DNA from: Eledone cirrhosa
Lineage: Eukaryota
DNA length: 64,000 nt
Assembly (NCBI GenBank): GCA_964016885.1
Contig: OZ024743.1
Location: 3,596,001 to 3,660,000, forward strand
Direction: 5' to 3'
Below, in pieces: positions 55,281-64,000 of this stretch. Position numbers and translations under genes: made by a program. Every line of letters starts with the position of its first letter. The first letter of the stretch is position 1. The notes beneath the pieces are model-generated. The model was given only the letters and a program-made list of their open reading frames with translations. It did not search any database and had not been told where the DNA came from.

Positions 55281-57670
55281 GATAAATCTACCAAAATATA
55301 CGGTAGTGTCCAATCCGTATGAAGAACTCAACGTAATCCAAATATCATGAAAAGAGAAGATGCATTCAAAAATTGTCGATAAAAATTATAGGATAACAGA
55401 GTCAAGATAAATTAATAAAAACAATGAAATAAAAATAAAGAACAAATTCCTTATATTAAAAAAATTCATCATTTTACGATCGTTTCTAGGATGTATATGT
55501 GTGTTGGTATGTATATCATATAGATCTATGTAAAAATATTACAAATTATCAGAGGAAATATACATACCTTCACATATACAAGCCGTCCTCAGAAATGATG
55601 AGATATTGAAAAAACCCAACAAAGATTTAATATAAAAGGTCTGTTTGGGAACAGGTTTTGAATTGACCAATAGAAAAGTAGTTAGAGGTCAAGTTGATAG
55701 AATAGCAGTAGTAGAAATTTAATTTAGGGGTAGAGGAGTGCAGACTTATGTTTTGAATGAAAAGAATACTTTGGGGATGAAAAGAGGTCAAGTCAAGAAG
55801 ATTGTGAAGGGTATACGAAAGTTTTATGTTATTAAAGAATAATGTTAAAAACGAAGGAAAATAACATTTTAGGGTAAGGGTATTAGTGAGAAATACCAAT
55901 CTTATTTAAACCACAAGGAATCTAGGTCTATAACAAGGAATTAAATAAATTGATAGGTATACTTATAGGGGTAAATTTATATAAATTCATATGAATGTGA
56001 TAACTAAGAATTAGATGTTATTAAAGATTGTTGTTAAAAACGAAGGAAAATAAAATTTTGGGATAAGGGTAGTAGTGAGGAATACCAATCTTATATAAAC
56101 TACAAGGAATCTAGATACATAACAGGAAATTAAATTAATTTATAGGTATACTTATAGGTATTAATTTTAGGAAAAGAGAGCTGTAAGATAGAAATAAAAT
56201 TATGAAGTTCTCTGTAGTAAAATACTAATTATAGGTTAACTAAATTAAAAAAAAACAATTATAATAATTTGTAAAATATAAGAGTAAGGTGTATATTAAT
56301 TAGGTTTATAATATTTGAAGGTTCTTCTAATTCTATGATTGCAAGATATAATTAATTCCTGTCGCTTATTTAATAGGATATCCTTAGATTTCATGATTTC
56401 AAAAGGTTCCTGGGAACATAACCTACACTCGTATCTGCTATTTTGATAAGAGGTGGCCGTTTTGAGCACGCTCCAGGTCAGGTTGTAATCGATATTCTTC
56501 TTTCTATAATTATTAATTGTTTCAGCTAAGGATGTTGTATTAGCCAATGCGGCATTTTAAAAACTAAGTTTGTGGGTATTAAATCTTACTTTAAATTGGT
56601 TAGACGTAGCTCCTATATATGAATAAGTAGAGTCCTTAGTGCTAATTTTACATTTATAGACTATGTTATTAATAAGACAATTTCCCTTTAATGGGCAATT
56701 TCTTTTGATTCTACAGTTACAACCATTCGTGAATATTATATCAGGGGAGTTAGTCAAATTTGGTGTGGAGTTTACTCGACTTGTTATAGTTGAAGGAGAT
56801 GGTGGTTTGTTGCGGTTTATTTTAGTATTATGGTTGGTTTGATGTGTTGGTGGTATATTTGTGTTTTTTTAACACTTATATGCGTTGTACGTACTTATAT
56901 TCTGTTGTATATTTTTGGTAGTGGAGTAGGAAAATTTGGCAGTTGATCTATTTAAAATTTGATGGTATTTATGGGAAGTTTTTCTCTAGGTTAGCAAAGA
57001 ATTTTTTAGGGATATTGTCTTTAATTTGTAGATTAAATGAAGCATTGTACCAAGTAACACATCTATTATGGTTTCGATATTGTTTTTTATATTTATACGA
57101 TGTATCAGGATGTTTACTAAGAGAGTTACTATTAGTGACTTTATTATATATAGGTTTAGTTAGATTAACTGATTTAGGTGTTTTAATCTGATTACTAGGA
57201 ATTTTGTTAGTAATGTTGTTAACACATATTGGAGTATTAGGATGAATGGTTTTTTGAAAGTCATTATATTTTATGTGAGAAGAGGTAGAGAAATTAAGTT
57301 TTAGGTTGGTATTTTTAGGTGTAGTATGAGTAACATTTAGGTGTGGGTTTTTCATTTGGTGTTTGTTGGTAATATTGGGTTGTATGTTTGAAGTATTATT
57401 GGTGCAAGGTATGTAGACTAATTTGTTTTTGTGGCCGCTTCTAGCTAAAGCTTCATTATAAAAGGGCGCGTTTTTATCGAATACATCCTGGTTAGATGAA
57501 AGGTTAGAAATTCTGAGTGAGATATTATATAGGTTTTTAAGGATAGATCTAGGGTGATTGGATTGTGAGTGTATGTAATGTAAGTTTTGGTTAGGTTTAT
57601 GGTAAAGTTGGTAGATACGCGTAGATAGGCCTAAAGTTATATCTAGGAAATTGACTATTTTACTGGTGTA
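55281..57670 (-). mobile_element. 5'-truncated Penelope-like element (RT C-terminus + GIY-YIG), degraded
   Basis: IVNFLDITL, HSQSNHP, GCNCRIKRNCPLKGNCLINNIVYKC..SYIGAT..FKVRFNTHK, CRLC..E..LLNKRQELI.SCNH; duplicated 3' UTR segment; terminal hammerhead. Confidence 0.9.
55467..55600 (-). ncRNA. Hammerhead with ~100-nt stem II at Penelope 3' end
   Basis: CATCATTT-CTGAGGA-...TGTATATGTG..GGTATGTATAT...ATATACATACC..CACATATACA..-GAAACGATCGTA-AAATGATG; 8-bp stem I, palindromic stem III. Confidence 0.8.
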
Positions 57671-57692
57671 AATATATATATTTAATGTAGAA

Positions 57693-57835
57693 ATACTTAG
57701 GGTAGTAGAGTGGGGAATAGGAAAATGTATGAGCCCCGACGGCAGAGCTCAAGCCGTTTCGACGGCTATTTCTGGACTAGAAATAGCCATCGAAACGGCT
57801 TGAGCTCTGCCGTCAGGGTCATACATTTTCCTATA
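57693..57835 (-). mobile_element. Fold-back family A copy
   Basis: Hairpin centred on GGCTATTTCT-GGACT-AGAAATAGCC. Confidence 0.7.
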
Positions 57836-61232
<3,397 letters not shown>

Positions 61233-61233
<1 letters not shown>

Positions 61234-62357
61234 GACAGGGTGATACAGCAAATTAAAAACTTACAAACTTAAACTTATGGAAGGGGACTGGTGAGGTTAT
61301 TGAGTGGTTTAAAGAAATTAAATATAACAATAATAATAAATTTATTCAACTAGATATTGCTAACTACTATTCATCTATTACCCCTAATCTACTGAATAAG
61401 GCACTAAATTACGCATTCAAACATACAGACCTAACTAGCAATGAAATGTACATTATATTATCGGCAAGGAAAACATTGATAGAATTTAATAACCAACTAT
61501 GGACTAGGGCAGATAGAGATAATATTTCGACATTACTATGGGATCATCTGACTCAGCTCAGGTAACGGACCTTGTGGGCCTATTTATAATTAATTCGCTG
61601 CATAGAAAAATACCTGGTGTAACCGGAGGATTATATCGTGATGACATGCTTTTACTTATTGAAAATAATAACTCTGAACTAAATAGAAAAAGAAAACAAA
61701 TTATACAATTTTTTAATTACCTTAATCTAAAAATAGAAATAGAGAATAACCATAGAATAGTCAATTTCCTTGATGTAACACTAAATCTCAACACATGTCT
61801 TCACTATCCATTTCACAAACTAAATGAAAACTTGAATTATGTCAATTTTAACTCTAATCACCCCAGATCTGTTAAAAATACTATAGTGAACTCTGTTCAA
61901 GAACGTATCTCAAGAATTTCATCTAATAAAAATATTTTCGACGAAAAAGCGCAGTATTACAATGAAGCGTTAGCAGGATATTGTGATAAAATTAAGTACA
62001 TGGATAATAATAGGCAAACTAACCAAAATAATAACAATTTTAATTACGGTAACAACTTTAACAACTATAATAGAAAACATTACAATAATTCCAAAAGCCG
62101 GAAAAGAAATAGAACTAGAAATATAATATGGTTTGCCCCCCCCTTTCTCACTAAATATTAAAACCCACATTGCTAAACTATTTTTTAATGCTCTTGACAA
62201 ACGCTTCCCTAGAACACATAAATATCACTCAATTTTTAATAGACATACTATAAAATTAACTTACTCGTCCACCAAAATTTAGCACAAAATATTAACAGAA
62301 TAAATAATAGGAATCTAAAACCTAACCAAAATACCGATAATAACCAAAACAATATTC
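61233..62357 (+). mobile_element. Penelope-like element RT fragment, cut by assembly gap
   Basis: FIQLDIANYYSSI, FDITMGSSDSAQVTDLVGLFI, GLYRDDM, VNFLDVTL, NSNHP, RTRNIIWFAPPF. Confidence 0.9.
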
Positions 62358-62557
62358 NNNNNNNNNNNNNNNNNNNNNNNNNNNNNNNNNNNNNNNNNNN
62401 NNNNNNNNNNNNNNNNNNNNNNNNNNNNNNNNNNNNNNNNNNNNNNNNNNNNNNNNNNNNNNNNNNNNNNNNNNNNNNNNNNNNNNNNNNNNNNNNNNNN
62501 NNNNNNNNNNNNNNNNNNNNNNNNNNNNNNNNNNNNNNNNNNNNNNNNNNNNNNNNN
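62358..62557. other. Assembly gap (200 N)
   Basis: Run of N. Confidence 1.
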
Positions 62558-62663
62558 ATACATATATATATATCATACATATATATATATATACATACAT
62601 ATATACATATATATATATACATACATATATATATACATATATATACATATATAATCATACATA

Positions 62664-62699
<36 letters not shown>

Positions 62700-62892
62700 C
62701 ATACATATATATATATATATATATACATACATATATATATACATACATATATATATATACATACATATATACATATATATATATACATACATATATATAC
62801 ATATATACATATATATATATACATATATATATACATACTTATATATATACTATATATATACATATATATATATCATACATATACATATATAT

Positions 62893-62939
<47 letters not shown>

Positions 62940-63064
62940 CATACATATATACATATATATATATACATACATATATACATATATATATATACATACATAT
63001 ATATATACATACATATATACATATATATATACATATATATACATACATATATACATATATATAC

Positions 63065-63107
<43 letters not shown>

Positions 63108-63418
63108 CATAATATATATATATATACTTATATACATATATATACATACATATATACATATATATACATACATATATACATAATACATATATATATATAT
63201 ACATATATATATATACATACATATATACATATATATATATACATACATAATATACATATATATATATACATACATATATATATATATATATACATATATA
63301 TATAATATATATACATACATATATATATATACATACATACTATATATATATATATACATATATATACATATATACATACATACATATATATATATAATAC
63401 ATATATATATATACATAC

Positions 63419-63449
<31 letters not shown>

Positions 63450-63496
63450 CATACATATATACATATATATACATACATATATATATAATACATATA

Positions 63497-63527
<31 letters not shown>

Positions 63528-63582
63528 CATACATATACATATATATATATATATACATACATATATATACATATATATATAC

Positions 63583-63616
<34 letters not shown>

Positions 63617-63838
63617 ATACATATATATATATACATACATATATACATATATATACATATATATATATACATACATATATATACATATATATATATACAT
63701 ATATATATACATATATATATATACATACATATATATACATATATATATACATACATAATATATATATATACATACATATATATATACATATATATATATA
63801 CATACATATATATACATATATACATATATATATACATA

Positions 63839-63876
<38 letters not shown>

Positions 63877-64000
63877 CATATATACATATATATACATACT
63901 ATACATATATATATACATAATATATACATATATATATATACATAATATATACATAATATATACATACATATATATAATATATATACATACATATATACTA
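62558..64000. repeat. (TA)/(TACA) microsatellite
   Basis: Directly visible. Confidence 0.97.

Overview
AT-rich, microsatellite-saturated animal genomic DNA. The SINE/LINE repertoire and huge (TA)n tracts point to an octopod cephalopod (inference). One host gene is supported on the + strand, almost entirely missed by the ORF track. It encodes a secreted protein: two signal-peptide exons (24628-24658, 25634-25672), a single-exon von Willebrand A domain with intact MIDAS (28189-28755), and an array of 114-nt phase-1 EGF exons (45126, 51080, 52277, 54093, plus a donor-less copy at 53160). The gene continues beyond the last exon seen. The protein is extremely basic: the four intact EGF modules have 10-13 Arg/Lys each and no Asp/Glu. 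The rest is transposon-derived: a near-intact RTE LINE with a PHD finger inside the RT, a near-intact Tx1/L1-type LINE, several Penelope-like (GIY-YIG) elements, CRE/R4/RTE relics, tRNA-derived SINEs, MITEs and a Helitron. Reading both strands by eye revealed about 20 type-I hammerhead ribozyme motifs. They include U3:A8 covariant cores, cores with 60-110 nt stem II, a 478-nt tandem retrozyme-like unit, and many fold-back elements whose inversion point sits at or beside the ribozyme. All calls are manual, and mobile-element boundaries are approximate.
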